IMG/VR virus record: IMGVR_UViG_3300009151_000055
Span: 1-64,000 of that record
Strand: one strand, 5' to 3'
Source: an uncultured virus (IMG/VR IMGVR_UViG_3300009151_000055)
Lineage: Duplodnaviria; Heunggongvirae; Uroviricota; Caudoviricetes
DNA length: 64,000 bases
Under the pieces are notes generated by a model. That model was not told the origin of the DNA. It made no database searches and saw only the letters and a list, made by a program, of their open reading frames with translations. Below are positions 29,101-37,100 of this stretch, in pieces. The translations under genes and the position numbers were made by a program. How positions within the stretch are numbered: the first letter of the stretch is position 1; the number at the start of each line of letters is the position of its first letter.

Positions 29101-31376
29101 TTCTCCACTTCGTACTTCTTAGGAGCCTCCACTATATCTTTGTACTCATTTAAGAATTGTTTTCTTCTTAATGATAGTTCTTGTAGGTCTTGAAAATCTC
29201 GTCTTAAATCTTTCTTGTCATCTTCTGTTAGATTTTTTTCATTCTTTGCATCCTCTATTTCAGCTAATGTTTTTTCAACTGCTTCTGTAGAAGGATTGTC
29301 TTTTACATATTCATCCAAAGAGGCTTGTGCAGTGGTTATGCCTTTGCTTAATAGCTTTCCTGCTAATTGAGGAACTCGTCTATTATAATCAAATATTTTA
29401 GATCCTGCGTACACAAGTTTTTCAAGCACCTCATCACTATACACTCGTTTGCCATCTTTGTCTACAAGTCCTTTGTATTTCAGATTCACTGAATCATAAA
29501 CTTTTATAGCATGTTCAGCATGAGCTTTCAAATTGTCAAGACGAGCAATAAATGATTCTTGTGTATCTGTTTCTGCTGCTGTTCCTTTTTCTTTTAATGC
29601 TGCAAAGTCTTCTTGTGCTTGTTGTTTTAATTCTTTTATTTCAGAAAAAATGGTTCCACTTGCACCATATTTTAAACGAGGTTCAATGAATGTATGAGCA
29701 TAATCAAACTCAAGATCTTTACTCTCAAGAATGTCTCCTCGTCTAATAGCTTCTTCTCTTTGTTTTTGAATAATTTCAGCAGCTTTTACACTACTATATG
29801 CTTTAGTTAAATTATCTTTTAGTAAAGATTTATTTAATGCTGCTATTTTTTCTTCTCTGAGTTTTCCCTCTTCTCCACCATATCCTGTAAATCCTCTTTC
29901 TCCTATTTTACCAGTGCCAAACAAAGAAGGTTTTAGTCTACCTTGTTCATCTTTTTTTAATCCTATTGCTCCTGAAGAAGAAAGAGCTCCTGAGAATCCT
30001 CCTGTAAAAATGTTTAGCAACCCCTCGTCTGTTGTAAGGGCTTCTTTAGCACCTGCTAACAATCCATCATCTAAGAAAGAAGCTTCGTGATCTCTGTATT
30101 TTTTATCAAAATAGTTTTGTGTACCTGTTTGAATAGCAAACTGAGCACCTTCTTCAAATGCTTCTGCTCTATTGAAAAATAAAGAGCCTATCTTTCCTGT
30201 TTTATATAGAAGTTTTCCAAATCCTTTTTCAGGAAGATTTGATACATATTTTCCTAAAGTTTTATCAAACCTCATGTCAGCAAAAAGCTTATTTCCTAAT
30301 TCATTAATAATGCCCTTTTCAGCCTTATAGGAAGACCCTAACATCTTAGGAAACTGAATATAGTTAGTTGCTGTAAGAAGGGCTACGTTAAGTCCTAATG
30401 ACCAATTACCTACACTCTCAGCACTCTTATTTATCTCTTTTAAATCATTTTCTGTGGGAGAATATCCGTGAGTTTTGACAAACTCATCTATCATATTTTT
30501 TCTAAACTCTTGAGAGTTACCAAGAGCTTCCATTCCAGCTTCTCCTGTTGTACCAAGAAATGCTACAATTCCTTGATCAGCTTTCATTAATCCTTTTCCC
30601 ACTTGTTGTTTAGCACCATTCCATAAATTTTCTAATTTAGATGTAACACTAGACAATTTTGCTATGTTAGGAGATGCAACTTCTGCTGCAATTGTAGCAT
30701 CTGCTGCAGCAGCCATTTTAGTACCTGCTGACATTAGTTTTGCTGTAAGACCCATTGCTTTAAATGCAGCTCCAAACGTAAAGCCTGATGCAGCTGCACC
30801 AGCCATAAAGCCCATGTTCTTTACAATATTGTCAAATAGGAAATTTGCTGTAAATAAGTTTTCTGGTTCCCACCAAGAACCACTTCTTTCTCTTTCAGTT
30901 TTATATAATGCATACTTGTCATTCCATGAATTGTTAAATTCATCAAATGATCTTGTCATGTCATTATCGTAAAATGCAGAAAGCTTTCCTTTTTGTTTAA
31001 ATATTTCAGTAACTCCATTAACAAGTCCCACTGTACCATTAATGAATGTTGTACCTGCAATACCTGCCATTTGTATTACACCATTACGAGCTTTCTCAGC
31101 AACTGATTGTCCCTGAGCATACATTTCTTCATTGTCCCTTCCAGGAAAATATAAAGGAAATCTTCCAGATGTTGGAATGTCTTTTGTAGACACAACAGGA
31201 AAGTCACTTTTTTGAATAGGTCCTTGTTTGAGAATGTTTTTCAACAACATCTCATTCAACTTTTCTATCTCAACATCATTACTTGTTTTTTTAGGAACAG
31301 GTTCTTTTGGAAAATTCTGATTTATTATTTCTTGATTAGAACCTTGTTGGTTTTCAACATTGATTTGTTCTGGCAT
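17142..31376 (-). CDS. giant virion-packaged DNA-dependent RNA polymerase polyprotein (crAss-like)
   Basis: Catalytic GSDFDIDK (~20382-20408) preceded by YRIPTQ; DGYVDIA; zincin-like YHEVFEAVW...EQLAEEF; N-terminal hydrophobic Gly/Ala segments. Confidence 0.88.
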   Translation of the reverse strand: MPEQINVENQQGSNQEIINQNFPKEPVPKKTSNDVEIEKLNEMLLKNILKQGPIQKSDFPVVSTKDIPTSGRFPLYFPGRDNEEMYAQGQSVAEKARNGVIQMAGIAGTTFINGTVGLVNGVTEIFKQKGKLSAFYDNDMTRSFDEFNNSWNDKYALYKTERERSGSWWEPENLFTANFLFDNIVKNMGFMAGAAASGFTFGAAFKAMGLTAKLMSAGTKMAAAADATIAAEVASPNIAKLSSVTSKLENLWNGAKQQVGKGLMKADQGIVAFLGTTGEAGMEALGNSQEFRKNMIDEFVKTHGYSPTENDLKEINKSAESVGNWSLGLNVALLTATNYIQFPKMLGSSYKAEKGIINELGNKLFADMRFDKTLGKYVSNLPEKGFGKLLYKTGKIGSLFFNRAEAFEEGAQFAIQTGTQNYFDKKYRDHEASFLDDGLLAGAKEALTTDEGLLNIFTGGFSGALSSSGAIGLKKDEQGRLKPSLFGTGKIGERGFTGYGGEEGKLREEKIAALNKSLLKDNLTKAYSSVKAAEIIQKQREEAIRRGDILESKDLEFDYAHTFIEPRLKYGASGTIFSEIKELKQQAQEDFAALKEKGTAAETDTQESFIARLDNLKAHAEHAIKVYDSVNLKYKGLVDKDGKRVYSDEVLEKLVYAGSKIFDYNRRVPQLAGKLLSKGITTAQASLDEYVKDNPSTEAVEKTLAEIEDAKNEKNLTEDDKKDLRRDFQDLQELSLRRKQFLNEYKDIVEAPKKYEVEKKKKEETIVDDAGNTVPKPIPTIKVKTKKGERDIEIGTEYMLGKRIFKSSFGESEVFKYTTYPTLTVIKENADGTIKIKDANGQERDVDKDVLLNYNLAKVSTVESNIKAKFYKDRINKIYKYYGKKKTITDNNGNKLQVPVEGMLGWSDKTRTLLFTYMDGAGKIKTIEVDGKDFVASEGFAQAKMVEIGEVKPGEEYKFNTPEEKQITPTQTEEEKKQLAEVIAEESRESLLEKKVNNRITIIEKLITDAKSALKEANNKIEANKKKLEKLREQLEKDEQRFEELSNAKKPTKEARLELQRTLDAIKLASEQIPFVEKMIANLTEEEEEFDRQIEYLTSMLENVKEMPTDVKDVIQEFEDNIKDLNETRETIQQSIKTGNDILSSLKDLLTTSLKKLSDFVSKLKSENKIPVVIDEYLENLEKFYGEEGAKQFIAEKLGYTEAVLALQNQITLLEDELKIPSSKSRSENIQKNLKELEESYKKLSSEQRVKESFLMAFKNVIKEAEKRKQEEEVFKDENVIKGITDTADVSILNKTVDVENGEQDTFEPGNRKEDLQVVSSTTPTLTDLPHHKRANLFGVRFPKLKNKANIRGIIVTSKNEASLGLVPKNEKGEYDANKGLMVHLKGTSSVDPTQTIALVMVEQNEDGTFHFIDENGEKIENPSPENTIYQVFPATLDWSEQYKGQSMFRKGIDDNVKTALSTQFEAWRTKTLLSPSDTLHEIQASWGNPVYVTYKEINKEGKEVEQRDYRAKTSLEDAQLVSESEIPSADVQVVTKNDLFAKGNFSISKSLGRVILVLSNSIVKLNNRRLNKNQALTIYKVLKALSENVQKNKNLKDEKSQSMLNWLKSTIYWGSKGMSESASVSQLWFNRTEDGLYLFFGKSGKQFEFKSSSIEDNKLEIIGLLEEMYTNTNSTMLANSVAKTKIYKEIIDIDEDGNLVFREWENYKTYLISKRYQELKFNEVTKEERWVFTTDRNDIPLTTNMRPIKTDVEGDVNKQAVYFTVTDLQKDYTIPEKKAVITPIAPVTPQAAQPAPTAPSAPIVTPTPVVVVATQPIVSKENRLIVDGVTENTSPEGYIFTYNGATGGFKFNIDKTEDKIGIEGMKKLYAAMGTTVKELDELGDEEYFAKFNIYIFNKVLPLIEKEALLQQQEKEALAQEEKKKQEAEKAEQAPEAPAGSTDAKADIEAKKADAQTVKNRMQEIEKQPVSINITQDASGKMEQTSEEVISQIKSELDKIGLPYTDVVANDKGSTYFVITKDSQQHEILRLIKTGDALVKPMLTKGKWINHLIKTQPQDLYNFVDAELAALETSPIVKETAETLAARRLEELSNYYDTFGEEGDLLFQGIDTPSGIENTQEFKDAVKVIYDKYDKLLADLKETSPAEETEVTPISPSQQLTENEQQDISNELDNLDVSTDKREEARKKLKEELKRFEPENWEQLTKWLKKFFPNVPVYRVKNIITSIDGKEEVWGMFKDGAIYVYENAEIGTVYHEVFEAVWKMFSSPEEQKAIIDEFRQRKGTFIDRPTGETIKYSEATPQQIKEQLAEEFRDYILYKKIPAKPTYGKPFILKLFSDLVNFIKEFFTGNKAQINTANLFEKISTGHYNKPSLYTSALALANKGVIDIDSVFASNFSEFRLKGIRPNVVGDTLQQMTYSILYDFVQGNKSFFNISKLDKTVYEKIQKDVYNTFLVKLKTIREELKEQEKDKEKNKVKIDVLNNQFNELGSMYLKTKEQWDGMVEEHIEYLKPYNIEFEDEDKNEDKEGRGDYQDASTMDAFKKADGAIKLLLSTLVRGTLKDGKRETGESSIGGVTLLPLTEVFIKVKENVYTSRTPEEMIERIRKMALKDSNYRTLYKRLTKTEFITNTFNPQDLEKGHQLQLIQALWKVMKQQKPSVKNLYIFENGEIEVGDSNFSSQIREQRNEIEAVLQEKLRNSENQYYYYNEKSEYYVRKANYDSRNLGRTNEETLSNELNSFGISFTKEEILKIKENDSRKYNILKDAVEGLKTSISLAPELKAISSKYLDINKRLTQIAAVRVSLDNPEYSSTFFNVKGERVQTFIGENAMSSLFNTLSQIENLSELQGTNFEYLLTDAFSQNSRLLNEMFHPINNEDPNSGKKKVENYDDLLFTIGWQDGMINEQTGKNKQSSQLNYKERLIQELNLNLKGWFLNLVPGDASLEWMVFMGNFTSPESISKGDWTSVYSRFRSFLYSEIETSREDRSIVKLSKEQVEKGATQRDSKDLRFFKGILSESLHNELVNSTKSIAEIHFAYKDKIDEEVKKYIYDKAANEKATLTDYGIIGQRKEKDGKAGTYYANGLNFEDDQNVPIESIDSLILSNVINYTVANIDLHKLIYSDPYQYKDELKRTKLFNSPHQPLIGNSDGMNKAFSKFYNEGYEKGDVHWTEFESDILRSITYDDIRGVSDKGVWDEGDGGGKIIFKAYRQFRIRESNWSDDNELQYRYDVAWEKRYKNEQLPKEEQKPLSEKEQELLKNGNPGVADTYTATKPKMAGNKANGKSYNDVLLDKCALFPISFRVMMEINPTANALKLYNKMQREKIDYVIYKSGRKVGAEETNPVYTDKGDFDETPFKGVVNVPFSIISRQSETPSKESSKTKMGSQITKIGTTNFTEAGVPIDFADFNKSTKFSPERFLEWMNLTPEEKETRSPIHKELQNNKKLIDEMRNNNYKSLLKKFGIKEFGKKGEEKIYTIDDVKKTVKLLRKNLSSINNNMIDALEDFENGTTILEATNSYQQLRNVLFAIADKQVISPKITGAQLVQMSSDMLESVRAEKTTINGKTGYTSDVLKFYEDKDGQRVCEIMVRRWFDSDMSDKELMDYFNNNPEGQKQIAALAGIAYRIPTQNKNSIDVFRVAKFLPQEFRDVVIVPSELVHKVGSDFDIDKLFIYLKNIVTGRDGKPKLIEFLDDNNSTIEERYLNWIRSNANLDTRNYIKFLTKKSVQNLKSNFELVLSKIKADYKFIGKEEKEDLFQTSLETSKSNIEYEIFDQEAYLQELFDMGKKVFWRMSDETRGPFWEVRDFIRSRNIKGPDEIKRYLSLTIALLEDETTIEDDIIKLEGLEKIYSEELRVIGETNEIINRIKKEALDNFRKNKKVLSEALRVDRSAEFEESFDIYKNIKSQISLEAAEEIANIDGLYTFEDFKKLSKYEQNNIEALENAYISSLEVLTSHPLNYEKLTSPNSAKELQDLSIEIVNKLGLGAFDYTKTSNLLDRRFMSRIRHAFVTGKKAIGVAATTQTGHSLFQKAFIYLNELNIKNLDKEDQAFVGDGKLNFFKENGDPNFNTVKKDGQILTTLSMIKDQAGKFITDTIGMFIDGYVDIANGPWIMELGATPNVAPTFLFLVRAGVPIKTIAYFINQPIIRDYLKLMETEGFSWLFVDKLIEEIKSSEKYIVSKDANVTPISQIPSDTTLLETIGKKTLSAQEKTEQKYILDEFLKYAKMADQLFNVTQATNFDTATINDPILVFKKIEQVKKAQNSIISSVDDVLESSFLGNLLDTMKKLRDAFGEILISDKQGLMRNVTENILLPYIKMDDRDFTQLAQKLVSNLFDWAVQVGDEKLNSEINRILLSKKGTAYQMQEFANSVKANPLHPLHNNQVIELLLSNVADKDNKPNNLKIKVKDNKVYNQNQMIYSFAEIKEYLNSNAGRKGLPSYDDFVKLSVLQSGTLNSPISFTSLIPYDDFKKLYATTISKLPFSSDVNMFKNLDVFQRNNWNNSEIVPKKKAKWVFNESFQSFNYINDNLRYNDYYKDVANAIKNNIIPDVIALSTLTQDAHLDIVSYSWEKPLVDLLTEEELKANPDEFQRIALGRKKQKEMKRKADFSYLSKGLFKKVYLAPNEPYMLLDEKKGDKGNKFVYKMINAWGDSFRANEFYDVPRMSIIDNGFEKTREVSDADIISYFTGNVSTEDTMFDGLTDFSDERKQEILTNFGKKHNMTKEQSKYYINYALQIDTQKKINKLKECY

Positions 31377-34087
31377 TATTTAATATTTTTAAGAGATTGT
31401 ATAGCTGCGTCCGTTATTGACTGATTAAGTCTATCTAACATCATGTTTGGTGTTCCGTCTTGATTATATTTGTTATATGGGGTGGGAAGAGTGTATGTAG
31501 CAGAAAGTTTTCCTTTATCTTTCTTAAAAAATTTATAAACCTTCATCCAAGCTAAGTTAGGGTCACCAGCATCGTCAATCAAATCAGCAGTTATTGTATA
31601 ATCAAGATTTTTATCTAAGTTTGGCATTTCATCTGCTCCCCAAAATGCTGATGCTGGATCATCGTGCGTCATGCTCATATTTGTTGTTTTGTTAAAATTG
31701 AGCTGCTGCAAAGTTTTAGGAAGTTGTAATCCTGTAGGAGCTCTTGTTCCAGTGATGTATGCATATTGATCATCATCAATTGTTACAGATGCATGCCCTC
31801 CAGTTTTAGAATCTGTAATAGTTAATATATGTTTAGATGGGGATGTTCCCACTCCAGGAATTGTTGTAACTTTTATAGCACCTTTATCATCTGATAATAG
31901 CACTGTTTGAAGATTTTTCTCAACAAATCCTGGAGTTTCATTTATATCATTTTTATATTGTTCAAGTATACTTGATATTTTACTATTTATGAGTTGTTTA
32001 TTGTCGCTAGTTCTAGTGATAACTTGTGACACAGGCTGTTGCACTGTTCCTGATTTTATATACATTTCACCTTCTATTTTAGAAAGTTCTTTATACTTTG
32101 AGTTTTTTAATAAATCTTTTGCTTTTGAGTATTCTTTATCTGTAACAACTGCTCCACTGTCTCCTAAACTTTCTACCAGTGTTGTTTTAAATTTGTCAAA
32201 GTTTTTTCCATACTTAAGAGATAGACGATTATAAATCTGATCACGTTCTAAACCTTTAGCTTCTTCCATTATTACATAATCAAGAATATCGTGTTTAGGA
32301 ATTGTCATTGGGGCACCATTGGCATCTGTGGTTTGTATATTGGAAATACTTTTTAATATATCATCTGTAGAAGAAACAGAGAGTCCTTTTCTCTTTGCTT
32401 CAACTAATGCTTGAGCTTTGTGGTCTTGTATGTTTTTTGCATCGTAGTTTACTTCTTTCATTAAATTTTTTTGTTGTGCAATTAACCCTTTAAATTCTTT
32501 TGGAATAATTGAAGGATTAACATTCCAATCAGCAAGCTGTTTTGCAGCAAACCTTGCTGTAAATGTATTTACATCTCCAGACTCATTGTCTACAGATTCT
32601 TTATTATTTTTTGCAGCATCAGAAATGTGTTTATTGATTTCTTCTTCTGAAGCACCTCTATAAATTTTTTTAAAATACTCAATTGTTAATTTTTTATTTG
32701 TTTCATTAAGTGCGGTCACTTTGTTGTTAAACTCATCAATCACTTGAGTTTTTGCATACGTTGGATCATCTTTTGTAGGAATAGGTTCTTTTAAAAGATT
32801 TTTATTGTCTGTTTCAGGAATTACAAGTCCTGGAACTTTTACACCATATTTATAGAAAAGTTCTAATTTGTATTTTTCTTCACTGCTTAATTGATCCCTC
32901 ACTTTTAAATTATAATCCTTCTGCCATTTTTGATCTTCTATAGCATCTCTTTGTAATTGTCTGTTAAACTTGTTTTGTTCCATTGTCACTGTAAATAATG
33001 GGTTTACAGAATACTTTTCAGAAATACTTCTTCCTGAAAGTTCTTTAGACATAGAAGTTAAATAGGAGTTTGTCCAGAGGGATGCTCGCACAGCATCTGG
33101 GTTTCTATCTACAGCAGCTAAACTATTGCTTACAGAAGTTTCAAGGTTTGATTTTAAACTTTCGTAATATTCTTTTTGTTTTGTCAAAGAAGCTATTGTA
33201 GCTTCATCTTTTGTGTTTTTTGAATTCTCATTTATTAATTCTGTTTCTAGCATTAATAAATTGTTGTCCACTTGTTTGAGCTGTCCACTAGTGTTTTCGA
33301 TTATTTCATCTTTTAACATTTGTGGAGTGTAGTGAGCCTTGTTCATTTCTCCATCAATGGCAAGTTGTTTGTAGTCTGAAGAAGTGAGGGCATTCTTAAA
33401 TGCATCTAATATTTTTGCAGGATCTTTACCTTTTGTTATTTTTTCCACCATGATGGGATTCCACTTATATCCCACTAATTCTTTTTTAGAATTGTATTCT
33501 GGAATACGATTACCATTAGCATCAGTTTGATATATTTGTTGTATATCACTTTCATCCACTCCCACTTCTTTTGCAATGTCTTTTATTTTTCCCCATACAT
33601 CTATAGGTTTGAAATAACTTGCAGACAGTGCTTCTCCTGGAGCTTTACCATTAAGCCAAGGTGAAGCATCTTTATGAAACTTGTTTGTATTATTTACATT
33701 TTCTTTTCCTGCTTTCCTATCTTCTTCTATATCTTTAAGATTCTTTCTATAGAGAGCTGTAGAGTTAACGGCTGTTTGAACACCTTCATCCCTGATGATT
33801 TGTTTAGCCATACCACCAACAGAATTAACTAATTGATGATTGGAGAAGTCTCCTCCTGCCACCTTCTTCAGGTTGCTTCCTAATTCATTAAGTTTGGATT
33901 GGAGGTATTGTTTATCAACATCTCTTACAACATCCATTCCTGCAATGCTGTCTACGTATGATTGTATTTTCTCAACCCCTTTGTCGTATTGTTCTTGCTT
34001 ATACATTCCCACCTTCACCATTTCGTCTACAGGAAGTTGTTGTATATAAGGGTTGAATTTGTGTATTGCGTCAGTAAAAGAAGCCAT
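31376..34087 (-). CDS. large cargo/ejection protein
   Basis: Likely start MASFTD..KFNPYIQQLPVD.MVKVGMYKQ..YD; helical; lies between the cargo genes and the RNAP. Confidence 0.7.
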   Translation of the reverse strand: MASFTDAIHKFNPYIQQLPVDEMVKVGMYKQEQYDKGVEKIQSYVDSIAGMDVVRDVDKQYLQSKLNELGSNLKKVAGGDFSNHQLVNSVGGMAKQIIRDEGVQTAVNSTALYRKNLKDIEEDRKAGKENVNNTNKFHKDASPWLNGKAPGEALSASYFKPIDVWGKIKDIAKEVGVDESDIQQIYQTDANGNRIPEYNSKKELVGYKWNPIMVEKITKGKDPAKILDAFKNALTSSDYKQLAIDGEMNKAHYTPQMLKDEIIENTSGQLKQVDNNLLMLETELINENSKNTKDEATIASLTKQKEYYESLKSNLETSVSNSLAAVDRNPDAVRASLWTNSYLTSMSKELSGRSISEKYSVNPLFTVTMEQNKFNRQLQRDAIEDQKWQKDYNLKVRDQLSSEEKYKLELFYKYGVKVPGLVIPETDNKNLLKEPIPTKDDPTYAKTQVIDEFNNKVTALNETNKKLTIEYFKKIYRGASEEEINKHISDAAKNNKESVDNESGDVNTFTARFAAKQLADWNVNPSIIPKEFKGLIAQQKNLMKEVNYDAKNIQDHKAQALVEAKRKGLSVSSTDDILKSISNIQTTDANGAPMTIPKHDILDYVIMEEAKGLERDQIYNRLSLKYGKNFDKFKTTLVESLGDSGAVVTDKEYSKAKDLLKNSKYKELSKIEGEMYIKSGTVQQPVSQVITRTSDNKQLINSKISSILEQYKNDINETPGFVEKNLQTVLLSDDKGAIKVTTIPGVGTSPSKHILTITDSKTGGHASVTIDDDQYAYITGTRAPTGLQLPKTLQQLNFNKTTNMSMTHDDPASAFWGADEMPNLDKNLDYTITADLIDDAGDPNLAWMKVYKFFKKDKGKLSATYTLPTPYNKYNQDGTPNMMLDRLNQSITDAAIQSLKNIK

Positions 34088-34090
34088 TAG

Positions 34091-34121
34091 CAAATGTAAT
34101 TTAAAATGTTATGTCCACCAA
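34091..34121 (-). promoter_or_regulatory. Bacteroidota-type promoter
   Basis: TTG-N20-TACATTTG on the minus strand, 3 nt before the ATG at 34087. Confidence 0.5.
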
Positions 34122-34162
34122 TAGGTGTAATAGTTTTTATTAATTTCGTATAATTAGAATGA

Positions 34163-37100
34163 TTAGAAGTGTTTGAATGCTTTTACAATAGATCCGTTTC
34201 TTGCTGTTTTACCTTTTGTGGTTTTCTTTGCAGCAGGGGTTTCTTCTCCCATTCTATATTCAACAATTTTTCCGTCATTGTCTAATACAGGAATATAAGA
34301 CTTACCAGAACTTGCTACAAGGTTTTCTGTTTGGAAGTTTTCAGGAGCATTGTAATTTATTGCTCTACCATTCTTGTCATATCTATAATTATACATATTC
34401 TCAAGAACACCAAGCTTTCTGTTCTCTAGTTTGTTTTGAGCTATTTTGCTAGCTATGCTGTCTAGTGCTGTAAGAGCTTGTTCTTTTGTATTGCTCTTAG
34501 CTTGTGCTTGTCTTTGATATTGTGTATCAAGGATTCCAAGATTTTTTATTTGAGCATCGTTGAGTGTTGCTCTGTTTCTATTATAAGCTTCCATTTTGGC
34601 AGCTGTGTTCAATCGTTCTTGTTGTCCTAACACTTGTGAATTAGCTGCGTATTTTTGAGCTGCTAATGATGCTGCTGCTGCAGGATTATATCCAGCTTGT
34701 CTTTGCATAGAATTGAAGTCAGCTTGGTTAGCGTTTAGTTGATCTTGGAGAGACACACTATATGGGGTTTCTAGTTGGGGATAGTAGAGTTGTGCTTGTA
34801 CTGGTTCTAGAGTGTTCATAGCCATTGATGCCATTTCTGGATAGAGCTGTGTTGGATCTAGACGTTCTTGGTTTGTAGGTCTTATGTAAGGAATTAATGA
34901 TTCCCACCATTCTGGACCTTTTGGAGGTGTAGTTCCTGGAGGCGGTAATGGTGTTGTTAATGTTGGAGGGGGTGGAATTTTAATAGGAGGCATTTCACGA
35001 ATAGGTTTATCAGGAGGACTATCGTTTATAGGAACTATTGGACGCTTTGGTTTTGATATGTCAAACTCATAAGGACTATCAGGATAGAGAGGTGTTGCTT
35101 TAGTGTAGTCTATAGGAGTGGCTTTTAGTTTTGACACATCCTTTCCTGTCAATTGTCCATAGACAGTCCTTTCTTTTGGAGAAAGTGTATCACTCTTAGC
35201 TTTGCTTTCTAAATATGCAAGAGACCTTTTTCCTTCAGCCGTTTGTAATAAATCTGGATATTGTTTTAAGAGAGTGGCAAAAGTGTTTTTTCCTCCTTCT
35301 TTTACAACTGATATGTGATAGGGATCTTTTTTCCAATCTAGTCCATGGAGACCTTCTTCTTTTGCAGCAGCATGTGTTGTTTTTTTGTAAATGTTTGGAT
35401 CTTTAATTAGTTCACCATCTACAAATATTGCAAAATCTTTTGCTCCACCAAAATTGTGAACAGACACATCACTTGTTGATGCTCCTGTTTTTACAAATCC
35501 TGCTTGTGTATTAATATCTCTGTCTCCAGAAGTTTCTCTCACTTCCACTTTCTTTCCTGGATAGAGAGCTTGTGCTTTCTTTAATGCTTTCTCTTTTACA
35601 TTATCAAACTTCTTAGAGAGGGAGATTCCGTCTTCTGCAATTGACACACCGTTTCTTGCATATTCTGATTCTCTGTCTTGTTTGATTATTCCTCTGGAGA
35701 GAGCATCGCTTTCTAAACCATGCTCTTTAGCTGTATCAAGAATTGCATTTTGAATACCTGCTGCTAGTTGTTTCTTTTGAGCAATATCTTTTAACACCAT
35801 GTTGCTTCCATTGATGTTAGCTTGTGCAGAAGCAAGTTTTAATTGATCAAATGGATTGTTCTCATCTAGATTATCAAGCATCTTCAAAGACTTCTCTATA
35901 GTTTTATTTTGTTTGTTTTCTATTTTACTTAAGTGATTTGCGTAGTGTTTGAATTTCTTTCCTTCAGCATTTCTATCTTGCAACTCTTGTACACCATATT
36001 TAGGAATTTTCATGTTTCCAAATACAACAAGATTTTCTTCATCACCGCCATCTCTAAGTTTGACAGCAGGTTCACCTCTTTCCACTTCTACAGGATTGTC
36101 ACCATATGTAACACCAATTCCACTTTTTCCTTCAGAGTTTGTTTCATCATGAGATTGTCCTCTGAACATAACTGTTTCTCCACCATCTGGTAGATAAGGA
36201 TTGTAAGAAATAGGTTCAGCATGTCCTCCCCAATGTGTTTGAAGTTCTCCTCCCATAGCATAAGTTTGCATAGCTCTTTCACTTGGTTGTATGTATGGAG
36301 AAGAGGATATGTTACCACCTGCTCTTAATGTGTCCATCATTGGATCTGGAGAAAGCAAATCATTTACATCGTAGTCGCCAAACTTTGTTATCACTTGAGG
36401 GTTGTATTCAGGATTCATCCATCCACCTTCTTCATACATAGGAAGAGACATTCCATCTTCTGCAAATGCTGAATATTGATTACGCATTTGGTTTCCTATG
36501 TTTTGAGCCATTGCTCCTTTGAACATGTTGTTTTGCATTCCTGTAATATTACCTGCTGTGCGTTTAGCTTGTGCACCCCCAATCACTCCTCCAATAGCTC
36601 CACCAATAGCAGAACCTGCAATTTTACCAAGAGGTCCAAATGCAGAACCTATAACACCTCCTGCAGTGCTTCCTAATTGACCTGCTCCAGAGGTTTGTCC
36701 TTTTCCTCCTCCTAACCAACTTCCTGCAAATTGTCCAACATTGCCTGCTTTATCAGCACCCATTTCTTTAAGTCCTCCCACGATGCTTGATCCAGCCTTT
36801 TTTCCAAACTTTTGAATAGCTGACATAAATCCTCCAAGCTGAAACTGTTTCATATTTTCACTATCAGCCAATGGTTCATATCCACCATCAGTGTAAATAT
36901 CATTGGGATCGTATGTGTTTTGTATTTCTGCACCATCTCTTGCAAGAGTGTTATATCCTGTACCATAAGGATTGCCCATTTGATTGGGAGCAAATGACAT
37001 ATCTTCTGGACGTACATATTTTCTTTTCACTTTTTCTACAGGAGATTCTGCTGCTTTTAATGCAACATCACTCACTTTGAGCCCTTGTTTAGAAGCTAAT

